From Kondoa subrosea (taxonomy: Eukaryota): a DNA stretch of 64,000 nt. The stretch spans positions 1,054,001-1,118,000 of the forward strand of contig BCIN01000003.1 in the NCBI GenBank assembly GCA_039545335.1. Reading direction: 5' to 3'. The position numbers and the translations under genes were made by a program. The notes under the pieces were generated by a model. It made no database searches. It was not told the origin of the DNA and saw only the letters and a list, made by a program, of their open reading frames with translations. Each line of letters opens with the position of its first letter. Within the stretch, counting starts at the first letter, position 1. Shown here in pieces: positions 49,639 to 62,816 of the stretch.

Positions 49639-50830
49639 ATGTACAAGCAATCCACTCGTTCCTTAGCTCGCCTGCAATGCAGAACTGTTCCAGCTATCAA
49701 GCGATCAGTGCAAGCGCGTGCTCTTGCAATCCCAGCTGCTCAATCTTCGAAACATCAGCATTCGACTTTCCCTCGCTCAGCATTGCTAGGCGCCGTAGCT
49801 GCTACCGGTCTAGTCACTACATTGGCCCTGTACAATCAGGCTCAAGCGGAAGAGCGAGCTGGACCTATCTTCAGCGAGAAAGATGTTGAGGTCTTTGCTG
49901 TCATTGGTTTGTGCAATCGGCTCAGAGAGTGGTGGAAACTGTTGCTGACATTCTTGGATAGGTCCTCCTCTTTGTGGTCGAGCTACTATGTGTCAGCGTA
50001 TTGCTAGACGATTCGAGTGCGTACTCTACTATCTTCTTTTGTGATTGCTGCTCATAAGGGACTCGTGCATAGTATGATGAACTTAGGGTAAGCACGATAT
50101 GCTGTTGGTGGGCTTGGCGGCTAAGCTTCAAATAGTCCTGAGGATGACTTCTTCACCGAAAGTGAGCGCGAGATGTCTCGATGCTTTGCAGGCCTAAGTG
50201 TTGTGCAGTCTCTTCGCATATGGTCGCTGCACGCGGCCAAAAACTGAGAGTCGTGCTCAACGGGTTCCCAAAGTATGCTCATGTGTCACTTCCTCTCATC
50301 AATCACTGATTATCCTGTTCTTGAAGAACTCTGGACGAAGCCAAGTGGTTCGAGGAAGAAATATGCCCTATCTCAGCTATAGTCTTCATTGACTGCGTGA
50401 GTCTCGCTACTTGATTTATCTCACTTTGCTGAACATCGAGCATTGTGCTTAGCCACCAGAGGATGCCGTAAAAAGGACTCAAGTCAGTCAGAGATCTCTA
50501 TGATGTCAATTCTACTCACAGGGATTGTAGGAAAAAGCATACAAAGCAGTGAAAGGCGGTCATAAACTCTTTGCGAGGGAGACAGAGAGTCTAATTGCTA
50601 CTTTCCGCGAGAAGGGCAATTTCCTTGAAAGTGAGTTGAGACTTCTCAGCTGTCTCTCGGCCGGTTCTCATATAATTTTAGTCGACGGAAAATTACCACT
50701 TGAAGACGCTTGGAAGATGATTGACGCGAAGTAAGCATTGTCGATCATTGATGATATATATGCTAACAGAAACTGCAGAGTCGATTCTGCTCTTGAGCTG
50801 AGCAGACGAGGAGAGCTCATCATGAAGTAA
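49639..50830 (+). CDS. Adenylate/UMP-CMP kinase-fold protein with mitochondrial presequence and degenerate active site
   Basis: Presequence plus TM, VFAVIGPPLCGRATMC, VVLNGFPKTLDEA.WFEEEICP, VFIDCP, F..ET..LI..F..KG..LEIDG. Confidence 0.7.
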
Positions 50831-50893
50831 ACATTAAATGGGTCTTGAAGAACAATCTTGTACAGAACAGTGACATTGAAATACAAAATCGAT

Positions 50894-52252
50894 CTACTTG
50901 GTATAAGTAGCACTGAGACGTGCTTGAAGATGCTGCATGGAAGTGACGGTGCTCCCTAATTTGACGCCTTTGCGCTCTAACCTTTGCATATCGCCTGGAG
51001 TGCATTTGAATCATCACAATGCATTGCCTCGAGCGGAACTCACTCTGCGACACTTCTCCGGCAGGTATGACAGCGTTCAAGACTGCGTCGACCGAAGGCT
51101 GACAGAAGAAAGCCATACTATATCGATCGTGACCATGAACTCCTTCTTTATATGCTGGCGAAATGACTCGATGGAGCGTAGACTTGTATCGGCAAGATGT
51201 CCAGTACTCGAAAGCGTCTCCGATACTACTTGCTGTTAATTTGAATGGAAGCAACTGGAACAGACTTACTTCACCAAAACGGCATCTTTGATAACAGGCA
51301 CGTTGATCCATGCATCTTCCTTGTCGATTGATGCAGACGGTGGAAGGACTTGTAATCCCTCACCTCCATTGACAGCTTGCTGGAAAAGACTGGAGGAAAT
51401 GGTGAGCTACCAATATGCAATGGACCCAAGTAAGGACCTACAGGGTAAGCGAACCTGCCCGTAAGATGAGCGTTTGCTTTTGTATGCCAGAAATTAGCTA
51501 ACCATAGTCGGAATGAGCTCCTGCTCTGTGTGAGAAGGTAGTCGAAGGTGCGACAGCGGCCGGATATCTCAGCAGCCGCAAGGCAGAGACGTTTCTCTCG
51601 TCAAAGAAATGTTGCTCTACTGAGACAATCAGTAATCACGACACATCAGGGCACGGCAACTCGCTTGTAAAGTAATCGGAAGGCATATTGATCCCTATGG
51701 CGAAAGCTTCCAGCAGTCTGTCGCATAAAGCATGACATGCGACCTGAAACTCGAAGATCTTCTTTTCATGCTCTTCTAATAGAGAAGGTAGAGATTGCTG
51801 AGGAGTGCCTTCACTAGTGAAGAGACCTAGGTTGAAGACTTCCTGCGAGAGCTGTCAGCCGAGTAGTGCCTCGCGCTATGAAATTTTACCTTGTGATCGC
51901 CTGGCTTAGAGGGATCAAGACTGTAGAGATATCAGGTGAGACGATATATGCTGCTCCGGACACACCTTTCTTGCCCAACTCTTGCATATCCTTTGTTATC
52001 GGTTATTGGACAAGCCAACTTCTCCTCCATACTTTGCTGCAGGAAGAAGCGTTGACTGATGCTGAAGACTTCCGAGGAGAGATCATCCAAGCCAGTGTGC
52101 TTGAGATAGAGGAAACCAATGTCTGATGCAGCTTCACAAACGGCCTTCGACAGAGATTCAGATGTTGCATGCCGGGCCAGATCTAGTTCATGTGAGAAAC
52201 TGCGTGATGTTCTGCGCAAAAGCGGACCTATCAGAGGTATAGACTCGCTCAT
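50894..52252 (-). CDS. 2-oxoglutarate/Fe(II)-dependent dioxygenase (IPNS/DIOX-like)
   Basis: DIGFLYL, NKGY, D.KEVFNLG, LRLLRYP, RAGAHSDYGSLTLLFQ, GLQV, GDAFEYWT..YKSTLHRV, RYSMAFF. Confidence 0.9.
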
Positions 52253-52525
52253 CTCGTCTCAAAGTCGCGGTTTGCGATAAGAGAGATAAGCTTGTTGATG
52301 ATTGGATCCGTTCGTTACTCTGACGCATCGTAGCTTCTTCAAGGACAAGAACTCTCGAACGAGCTGGAATTGGACTGATGCAGAATATCAAGAATGCAGC
52401 TGTATTAGTAAGTAGAGACTAAGCAGAGATGGACAAAAAGTGGGGGATTTGTAAGCCGGCTATATAATTTCATTTTGCAGCGTCATGACATTTCTTTCTT
52501 GACAAGCAACTTCAACAATCATACA

Positions 52526-54284
52526 ATGGCAGAAGTAGTAGGACAGAGCATCACCTTCAGCAATGGAGTCACGGCAGTACGCTGCTAGAGCCTGTAATTG
52601 GAATGTCCGAGCTAATCAGCTCTTGAACAGCAAAACCGCTTTCTTAAGTCAGCTATGACCGAGCGTCTTTGTAGCTGGGGCGTGGACTTGACCGACAGGT
52701 ATGTCTTTCTTTGTGTTGATATTTCGGAACTGAGACAATTTGTGCGAGCAGGGGCGTCCCAAGCAAAGAATACTTACACTTATATGAAGAATGGGGCAAA
52801 GGCAAGACTGGAATCTTGGTCTTTGGAAACGTTCCTTGCGACGTCCGTTATCCTGAAGCTGCACGAAACGCTTGCATGGATAGGGATCAGTCACCCAAAG
52901 ATATTGGCGAGAAGTTCCGACCTGTCATTGCAGCAGCCAAAGCTCACGGATCATTGGCGATCATACAATTGACACATGCTGGAAGACAGACGCCTGAGTA
53001 AGCTCTTCTTCACATGAAGTAAAAAAAATCGCTCACATGCTTGCAGATTCGTCGCACCTTCACCAGTCAGCTCTTCCGAGACTCAATCACCGCCATTAGG
53101 TGGTATGACTTTCGGGAAAGCAAGAGCTTTGGAGACAGAGGAAGTTGAAGACGTAGTCCAGCGCTTCATTTGGGCAGCAAAGAAGTTCCATGAAATTGGA
53201 GCAGATGGTGTTCAAATGCATTGCGCCCATGGGTGAGTTAAAAACCAGAAAGCCGATATTGTCTGAAATGTTTGTAAATCAGCTATTTACTCTCACAATT
53301 CGTTTCACCCAAGATTAACAAGAGGACTGATAAGTATGGGACCGTTACAATTCTGCTCGATCGCTCTTACTCTTGCCTTTCTGATAGATACGGAGGCAAT
53401 CTAGAGAACAGAACTCGTATTCTGTTCGAGATCCTTGCAGGAATTAAAAAGGAGGTTCAAGACGATAAGTTCTTGCTCAGTATCAAGGTCTGCAATGGCC
53501 AGAAAGCTGCGGGCAATGTTCCAAAGCTTATCTTGTCTTGTCATTTTCAGATCAACTCGCAAGATTTCATCGATGGCGGTTTCAGCGAAGAAGAGTCTAG
53601 AGAAACATGCCACAAACTTGAAGCTGCCGGCATGCATCTGATTGTAAGTTTCCTCCGTTCCTTATAGTGCTCTTATCTGATCCATCTATTCTAGGAGCTA
53701 TCAGGCGGTACTTATGAGTCAATGGCTTTCACTCACAAGAAAGAAAGTACCAAGAAACGCGAAGCCTTCTTCATTGAATTCGCTGAACGCATGAGACCGA
53801 ATATAAAGACTGCTAAGTTGGCTGTTACTGGCGGTTTCCGATCAGCGGATGCAATGGCCAAAGCAATCAACGAGCAATCTTGCGATGTAAGTTGTTGATA
53901 CCTTCCATTATGGGTCTTCACGCTGACGCCTTGCATCAGATCATCGGTTTAGGTCGACCTCTTACTTTGGAGACTGATTTGAGCGACTTGCTTGCAACTG
54001 GAAAGAGCAAAGCAGCCAAGCCAAACCTTACAAATGAGGTTCGTCATCTTTTCTTATCTGCTGAACCTTGCAAATAATACTTGTGTCAGGCCACCCAAAC
54101 TGCCAGCTCGTACTATGCCCTCGGAGAAATCGGTTATGGTAAACCAGCGCCTGATTTCACCGACGAGAAAGTAGCCAAGGAAGTTGACGAAGCGATCCAA
54201 AAGGATACTGCTGGTAGTTTCAAATTCCGCCCGGTCTTAGGCAGCAAGACGAATGAGATCCAATTGGATTCAACTCCTTTGTAA
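52526..54284 (+). CDS. NADH:flavin oxidoreductase / old yellow enzyme family
   Basis: NRFLKSAMTE, QLTHAGRQ, DGVQMHCAHGYLLSQF, NKRTDKYGG.LENR.R, IKINS.DF..GG, IELSGG.YE, VTGGFR, GLGRP. Confidence 0.9.
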
Positions 54285-54360
54285 AGTCGTTCGAAAAATA
54301 GACGTGTTAAAAATATGAGTTGAAATGCGTTTCTCTTCCTGTCGTTCATTTCACTTTGCC

Positions 54361-55639
54361 TTACTTTTCTAATACGTAAGAATACAAATTTAAACCCAGA
54401 AGAGTTGGTTCTTCGATTGTGTTATGCCTGTAGCCGCAAACGGAGACGGCTGCGCGAAAACTTTCAGCTTTACGAGCAGTAGCAAGAGTTCAAACTTACA
54501 GCCAGCTACATGCGCAGGAATCTGATGAGCAAAAAACTTAGGATGTAATTGAGATATCATTGACGTACCATCGACCGATATCAGTTCTCCGGTAGTTAAA
54601 GGCAATCCCATCCATCGAGATAAGAAGCCTAGTAGACGTTAGCGATTGCTCATCACGCCCAGAAGGCATCCCACAGCGTGTATAATGACCATGTGAGAAA
54701 AGAAGGACATCGCAAGGTGCAGCCTCTTCTCCAGCTTGAATCTTCTTCCAATATTCTGCATGTTTTGCTTGGATCTTCTTGATTGTTTTGTCTACCCTAT
54801 CGCTCATTTGCTGGGCAGTCTCTCCATTTGGGAAACCATCAGTCCAGGCAGAGAATCCTGGCTTGAGTGATCTGGTGAAAAAGACGATCAGTATCGTATG
54901 AGTTTTTAGGTAGCAAAGACAAACTGGATTTCAGCGGGCTTCAATCCCTCAAAATCACCATAGCTGCAGTATCGTCAGATAGATATATGTAAGTCCTTAA
55001 GCCGGAGCTTACAGCCATTCTGCCACATCTTCAGTGAATTCAGGTTCGACACCAGCTTTATCGAATCCAGCTTCATCAGAAGCACGAAGCAATTTCCAAG
55101 TAGCTGTAGCTCGTTGACGAGGTGATACGTAAATATGGCCGATATTAGCCGCTTCAGAGGCATAAGCAACGCTTTGTAGATTCAAACATAAACATAAGCT
55201 GACGAACGATTCACAAGTTCTGCCAAATATTAATCAGAAAGGTTTGAACAGGTAGTGGCGAATGGCAAAACTTACTGCCTTCACCGACAAAGCGAGCTGC
55301 AGAGTTCTTCATCACTTGCACCCCATTTGAAGTCAGCGGGATATCAGAGATTCCAGTCTATACGAAAGGTTTAGTTGGCCGAAAAAGTAGCTAGCGAGAA
55401 TACCAACATGTCTGCCACTACAATCACAGCACTGAGAACATATCTGGACGGCAGCTTTGAACGACTCACTTCAATGACCATTCCTAAGTACCAAACTTAG
55501 AGAAAGGTATATTGAACGGAAGAAAGGAGAAAACGCGCTGTTTCACCGTGTCTAACACAGTACACTACGCGAAGAGACTGAATGGAGGCCTCTGTTACAG
55601 AAAAGAGAGCGCTTTACCTCGAGGGAGACGCGGAGACAT
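54361..55639 (-). CDS. Histidine-phosphatase (phosphoglycerate mutase-like, Shb17-type) protein
   Basis: Spliced [59 protein letters not shown]. Confidence 0.85.
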
Positions 55640-56073
55640 GTGAGCGGAAACAGGGTTACAGAAATAACAAAGGAATAGAAGACTTCGATAGCGAGTTTGA
55701 AGCACAAATGAAGCAAATGCGAGTCCTCGTACGTGAGGAAGAATTGATCAGCGAAATCCAGCAATTGCAATTGTCGGTAATCTTTCTTGGACAGCAGCAG
55801 CGACAGCATTCGTGCGGGCTGTGATCGCTCTTGTACACTTCACATCATCAATATATACCTGTTCTGACCAATCCGCACAAAAGGAGGCCCAAGCTTTAGT
55901 GCTTTGCTTTTCGGGCAGCAAACGAGGGGACTTGCTTCTCACCATGCTTGCCTAGTGGATTGTATTTGATACCACACCTATAGCACGCTCGTTCATATAC
56001 CCTTGCACTCAGTCCAGCGCAGCCAAAACTCTCAAGTCTTCTCATTATTTGGAAAGGCGATTCTTGTGCGAAT

Positions 56074-59000
56074 ATGCCACCCCTGCCTACTCTGTCTCGT
56101 CCTGCCTCGTCCAGTAGCCTACATATGAGTTCTTCTCCATCCAGTCAAAGCTTAACCGGAACTGCTAACGGTACAAGCGTTCAAGTTGGTATGTCCTAGC
56201 GTTACTCAACATGCACAGGCAGCAAGGCTGATGATACAATGCGATAGCGCTTCGTATACGACCTCCTTTAACTCCTGAGCAGTCTGCAAATGTACCAGCA
56301 CGCTTTCAACGCTCTGTTGTTTCTCAAGTACCAGGCTCCGAGACTTCTCTGGTTGTTGAATCCTCTTCAGCTGGCCCAAGAGAGTCTTCTGTTACATCAC
56401 CTACTAAAGCAGGCGGGAACAAGCAATACTTCAGCTTTGATCGAGTATTTGGCCCCGAATCTGGTCAAGCGGAATTATTCAGCATGGCAGAAGGAATGGT
56501 GCATCGTTTTGTGGAAGGCTACAATGTCACTATCCTAGCTTACGGTCAAACAAGCTCTGGCAAATCATATACTATGGGGACAGATCATGTTGATGCTGAA
56601 GAGCTGGAAGATGAGAACGATAGATTAGGCATTATTCCTCGTGCCGTTGGAATGGTCTTTGATAGATTGGCGAAACTTGCGAAAGAGAGCAAGGGAAGCT
56701 TTTCGTATCAAATCAAGAACAGCTATATCGAGTTATATAATGAAGAACTCATTGACTTGCTCGCTACTGATGTAGAAGATCGACCTCAAGTTACTATCCG
56801 CGAAGATAAAGGTCTTATTGTCTGGTCTGGACTACGTGAAGTCAAAGTCAACAGCGCAATGAATGTCATGAACAATCTCGAACAAGGTTCTTCAGTCCGT
56901 CAAACCAATGCAACAGATATGAACGCTCAATCTTCTCGCTCGCACGCTATCTTTTCTCTCACTCTCACTCAAAAGAAATATACCGGCTCTCAGCCACCGG
57001 CTTCGCCTGCTATGCCTAGTAGTCGACTAGCAACTCCCCGAACTTCCATTTCTGGTCTACCTCGAGTTTCTTCGCCAAGTCCTGGAACAAGACCATCTAC
57101 TCCTAGTTCAAGTGACAGACCTGCCAGCAGATTCGGATTGCGTCCTGCCAGCGCGATGGGAAACGGTCGAATCAGTCCTGGTCCGAATGCTCTGGAAGAG
57201 ATAGCTAGTACCAAAGAGACGAAAGAAGATGGTGGATGGGTAACGGTCACCAGCAAATGGCACTTTGTCGATCTTGCTGGCTCGGAAAGGGTGAGTGGTT
57301 TGACCAGCGATATGCGTTTCAAGCTCAGTTTGTTGTCACCTGGTTCACAGCTCAAACGCACTTCCGCTATGGGCGAACGAGTCAAAGAAGGCATCAGCAT
57401 CAACTCAGGTCTACATGCTTTAGGCAATGTTATTTCAGCTTTGGGAGATCCAGCTAGAGCAAGACAAACCACTCATATCCCTTATCGAGACTCTAAGCTT
57501 ACTCGCCTGCTGCAAGACTCGCTCGGAGGCAATGCTCATACGCTTATGATTGCTTGCGTCAGCCCAACAGAATTCAATGTGAATGAAACTATCAATACTC
57601 TCAAATACGCAAATCGAGCTCGAAATATCAAGAATTCTGCAAGTATCAATGAAATCGAAGTTGGCTGGCAGGTAAATAATTTCGGTTGACAACTCTGTGA
57701 CTAGGGTTGATCGGAAATTGTCTTAAAGGATCTGGATCACTTACAAGCATTAGTCATCAAACTTCGATCAGAGCTCGCTTCCATTCGCTCAGGAAGTATG
57801 GAAACGATTACTGAAGAACGTTCCAATGGCTTTGGTCTTCCGGCAACCATTTCCTCGAATGCTCAAGTACTTGAATTACAAGATCGCTTTGCTGAACTTT
57901 CGCAAAAGTATGCCAAACTAACAGCAGAAATGGCTAAGCAAAAGCTACCTCCTCGAAACTCCACTCCTACTCCTGGCGGACGAATACCGAGAGCGTCTTT
58001 GTCTCCTGAAGATTTCGCAATGGCTGTCGAGCCTGTAGTAGAAGAATACGAGAAATCGCTATCGGCAGTCGAAAGTCAACTTTCGCTCACTCGAGCTGCT
58101 TTGGCTCATACCGAAGATGCGCTCAAATCACAAGAAGATCTTATTAACGCTGCCAGGATCGAAAGTGAAGTCAATCAGCAAACTATCGAAGAGCTCAAGA
58201 ACAGAGTAGAGAAACTTGCGCAAAGAGAACATGTCGCTGAAACTTATGTTCGGTCTTTGGAAGACCGAATCACAGCTAGTGATGATGGAGGCGATACGCA
58301 TTTGAACACTATTGCCGAACTCAAGAAGGAGATCGCAAGGCTGAAAGAATCTGAAGCCAATGGCGACAAATACATCAAGGATCTGGAAACACGATTGGCA
58401 AACAATGACGATACTGTTGCCGGTCTCAAAGGCCAGATCGACTCCATGGAAAGGGACATTCATCGAAGGGAAGAAGCTTACAAAGAACTCGAGAACCGAC
58501 TTAGTCTACTTGATACTACTGTTGAGCACCGCACTCTTCTTCATGAGATGGATCACCGAGAGAAGAGATTGCTGCAGCTCGAGCGCGACATGGACGCTTT
58601 GAACCTTGAAAAAGAGGAAGTCGTACGCGATAATGAACGTCGCCAACAGCTGATCGAGCAAGAAAAGCAAGAGAAAGCTCTTCTGCAAATCAAAATAGAT
58701 CAGCTTGAGGAAGAGATCGCGACAGCTAGAACTACCGAACGGTCCCGCTCAATTTACCTGACCGCTGAAAGTCTAAAGAGCTCCACACCGCCGTCTCCGA
58801 CACATAGAAGCGCCCAAGATACAGCGGCAGCTGACGATCCAGCCGAAAAGTTGCGCTTGCTAGAGGGTCGATATCAAGCCACTGTCCAGGAACTTGAATC
58901 AGTCAAAGCGAAATATCGGGATTCAATCCTTGAGCTAGAAGAGCTGTCTCAAGAGTTGCAAGACAGCAAGCTTGCAAAAGAAGAAGAACGCGATATCATT

Positions 59001-62000
59001 TTAACGCCTAGAACTTCCATCGAGCACTTGTCGCCGGCGCGAGCGCGTCCTTCGGCGTCTCGTGAAGATCTCAGGGCGCTTTCTTCTACCACTATCCCTC
59101 TTTCGCCTTCTCGGAATCGTAGAAGCTTACCCATCGGCTCTCCGAACCGTTCAAATTCTTTTCGTGGGGGAGCTGTGCTACCTGCACAATCTTTATCGCA
59201 TTCGCGATCTATATCATTGTGAATGATGCTCTTTAATATGCAATTTTCCATTCTGACTTCTATTGCTTCATAGGTCGCAGGAGCTACAGGCAGCGCAGGG
59301 CTCGCTCCTTGGCTCACAGCTCTCCCCAAGCCCATCTCGACCTGTATCACCCAATCCTTCGAGAGAGTCGCTATCTTCTGGAGCGAATATGTTCCACAAA
59401 GAGCGGAGCTATGAAAGTCTCACACAAGAAGTTGCTCAACTCCAATCAGGTTAGCACTAAATCTGTATTCCGAGCTTCACTGAATTGGGATTGCCTAAGT
59501 TTTGACAAATCGCGAGTCTGAAATTGCAGAACTGGAAGAAGAACTTCGTACTCTGAAGTTAGGAGATGTTGTTCCGCTCGAGCATACGACGGTGCTGGCA
59601 CCCATTCGCACCAGTCGTCCCTCTTCGCCTGAGGGTGATACAATGCCTGGCATGCGATCATTGACTCCAGGGCAAGTCGCCGGTGATAAATTTATTTGTC
59701 TGTTGTCTGATATTCTGATTGTTAGGACTCTTGATGCCTTCAATACTCTTAGAAATCAGATCGCCGACGGAGAAGATCAGCTTCATGTTGATAGCGCTGC
59801 ACGGCTGGATGATCTGATGCGATCTATGGCCCAAAAAGAAGCTACGCACCGCGAACATATCGAGCGCTCTAGTGAGGCTCTGAGTGCTTTGACGAGAGAG
59901 CATGACGCTCTGCGGAAATTCTCCACAGATCAAGTATTTAATATGTCTCAAGAAATCGAACAATTGAAACTCCAGCTGGACACCAGTCTATCCTCTGCCA
60001 ACGAAACCGCTGATCGTCTTCAAACATTAGAGAAAGAGCTTGCCACCAAAGAAGCAGAATTGGCTTCTCTCGATTCTAGGAGCAAAGTTGCTCTCGCTGC
60101 AACCACAGAGCGCCTAGCTCTAGATCATGCTCAAGCAATTCAGAATCAGCGATCGGATTTTGACCGAGAACTCCAAACAATCCAGCAAGATCATGCTCTT
60201 GTTCTGTGCCGTATGATTGAAGAGCGTGAAGTATTGTTCGTGCAGAAGATGCGCGAACACGAAGATGCGATCCGTGCTATGGAATCTAAACAGACCGAGG
60301 AATTAGTTCAGAACATGAATGAGCAAGCCTTGCAACTGGCTGAGATAGAGGCAGCTCATGCTTCAAACGTCAATGCGCAAGCGGCAGACCTCAGGAACCT
60401 TCAAGCGCGGCTGGACCTGATGACACAAGATAAATCCGAGACGGCTTCGGCTAGCAAAGTCATTGCAGATCTCAACGCACAACATGATTCTCATCTTAAT
60501 TTGAAGGAAGAAGCCTTTGCTCGACAAATGGAGCAAGTGCTCAATCTTGAAAGAAGCTGCGCGCAAACTTCAGCTAACAGATATAAATCGGAAATCGCTC
60601 GATTACAAGAACTGCACAATATGGCTGCGTCCGAGGCCGCTCAAAAGCACGACGAAGAGCTGAAGATACTTCGCGACACTCATACTGATGAATTGAATAT
60701 TGTTAAGCAAGCTCATCAGCAGGAGCTCGACAAAGCATTAATTCTCCACTCACAAACGCTTTCCGAAAAGGAGTCTACCCTATTGGCAGAGCGCCATCTC
60801 CTCTCTTCTGAACTCGACTCCTTGCGCCGAGATTATAATGAACAGATCAGTAAAGCTGGAACAATAAGCGAAGGCGGTCACTCGTCGTTACAGTCTCGAG
60901 TGAACCAACTAGAATCAGAACTAGAGGCCCTGGAAGACAATGCAACTGCTACACAGACATCGGAAACGGAATGGCAGAAGAAGGTGACTTCTTTAGAAAA
61001 TGCTTTGAAAGAGAATGAAGCGATTTTGCAAGAAGCGATTGCCGAGATTGCCCAAGTCCGTTACTTTCTACTGATCTTACTGAGCTTGGAACTGAACTGA
61101 CCTGATGTATGTTCTATAGAGACACAAAGATGACCTGCAGGCTCGTCTGTCTGAGCAGACAGAACAGCATGACCACGCGCTCGCTTCTCTTGCGCAAGAG
61201 CATACTTTCAAACTTAATGAACTTCAGCAATCTCATAGTATCTCGCTCGAGCAGCAGAGGCAACAACATAGTCGAGCGCCGGAGTCCTTGCAGTCCTCCC
61301 ATACTAAAACTAACGGCTTGGACGCATCCATCACCACTCTGGCATCGGAACGAGATAATCTTGCTGCTAAGCTCCCAGAACACGAGGAGAAGGCGGTACA
61401 GCGAGAACATCTGCAAGTTGAAGCTGAATCGTTACGAAAAGCTCTGGCTAGCTCTCAAGCGGAATTGACGAGGATGAGTGAAGCTCGCAAAGTCTTGGAA
61501 GCCGAAAGCACTCGTCAGAAGAATACCATCTCCTCGCTGGAGGAACATCGCTCGTCCATGAACTTTGCAAGCTCTCCGAGAAGTGCTGGAGAAGAGACGC
61601 CTGATATGACTCGGTCCTCGTCTGAAGCTTCATCTGGCGAGCTCGACCAGCTCGAGCTGCAGAACAGACGAAGTCAGTTCGCAGTGACTCGCCTACGATC
61701 AAGCTCTTCTGTCAAAGGGCCCATTCCAGCCGGCCCGCCGCCCTCGAAGTGAGTACATCTTTTGGTGATTTGAGCAATTTTAATCTCATTGCGTAGTCCG
61801 CCTCCACCACCTCCTGCTCTTGCTGGACTTCCTCATCTATCCAACGGCCGTACAAGAACACCGGATGCCCGAGACTCTATTTCCAGTAGTGCTGGATCAA
61901 TCACACCCAACTCATCAACTGCGGATGCCCGTTCATCAATAAACAGCATCTCGACAACCGAACCTGCCAACTTTGATACTAAGACGCAGCGCAGAATGGA

Positions 62001-62538
62001 TGAACAGGATGCGCAAGTGAGCTGTCAGCCTGCAGAGATCACGCATATACTGATTGATTATCAAAACAGATCGCCAAGCTTACGAAACAGCTAGGTCGCT
62101 GCGAAGGAGATCTTAAAGCTAATGTTCAGCTTGTTGAGGTGATTTATGAACACTCTACTCAATAAATGCGAACTAACAATCTTTACGCAGTCTCTGGAAA
62201 CAGCACTGAACGACACCGAACGTATCCTGCGGAAAGCTAGAATGCAAATGAACGATCTTGTGCGAGAAAGAGATGCACACGAGCGAGAAAACTCAAGCTT
62301 GAAACAACAAACGCAAGATGCTCAGAAAGAGCTTGAAGCTCTTCGAGCGTCACTGTCTGCAGCTAGAAGGGACTCCGACAGTCGACTGGCTGCTGAACGG
62401 TCGCAGAGGGACGCCGCTAGAATAGAACTGGAACAGAGGTTGGAACAGGTTCGAGCGAAGAAGAGTAAATATGGAGTGAGCTGTCTCACTGCATTGTCTG
62501 GTATTCTCACTGACATGATGCTACTACAGTGCTTCTGA
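56074..62538 (+). CDS. Kinesin motor (kinesin-4/KIF21-like) with very long coiled-coil tail
   Basis: VQVALRIRP, AYGQTSSGKSYTMG, YIELYNEE, TDMNAQSSRSHAIF, HFVDLAGSER, INSGLHALGNVI, HIPYRDSKLTRLLQDSLGG; ends KKSKYGCF*. Confidence 0.92.
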
Positions 62539-62816
62539 TTTGGGGTTTTGATGTATCTGTGCCTTTGTTCTGTTCTATCGGTTTTAGATAGCTTTGTATA
62601 CCTTAATCATTGAGTTCTTTCGCATGGAATGTATATTTATTGCAACTGCTGCATCCAAGAATCGGTACGAGAGAGTGTTTTGTGTCACTAAACCAAAGTT
62701 TGTGCCTGTTCATTGGTGACTATAGATAACGAATGCAAGGAAACTCTATAGCTATGATGGGTAAATATATCTTGAGAACCGAGGCTGACGGCAGCCAAAG
62801 AAACGAATAGCAGCAA

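Noticed and set aside
50894..55639. Dioxygenase + OYE + phosphatase as a secondary-metabolite cluster
   Set aside because: No backbone enzyme, transporter or regulator is adjacent, and all three are common families.
55582..55824. 80-aa plus-strand ORF upstream of the kinesin
   Set aside because: It overlaps the first exon/intron of the PGM-like gene on the opposite strand and has no recognisable features; likely spurious.
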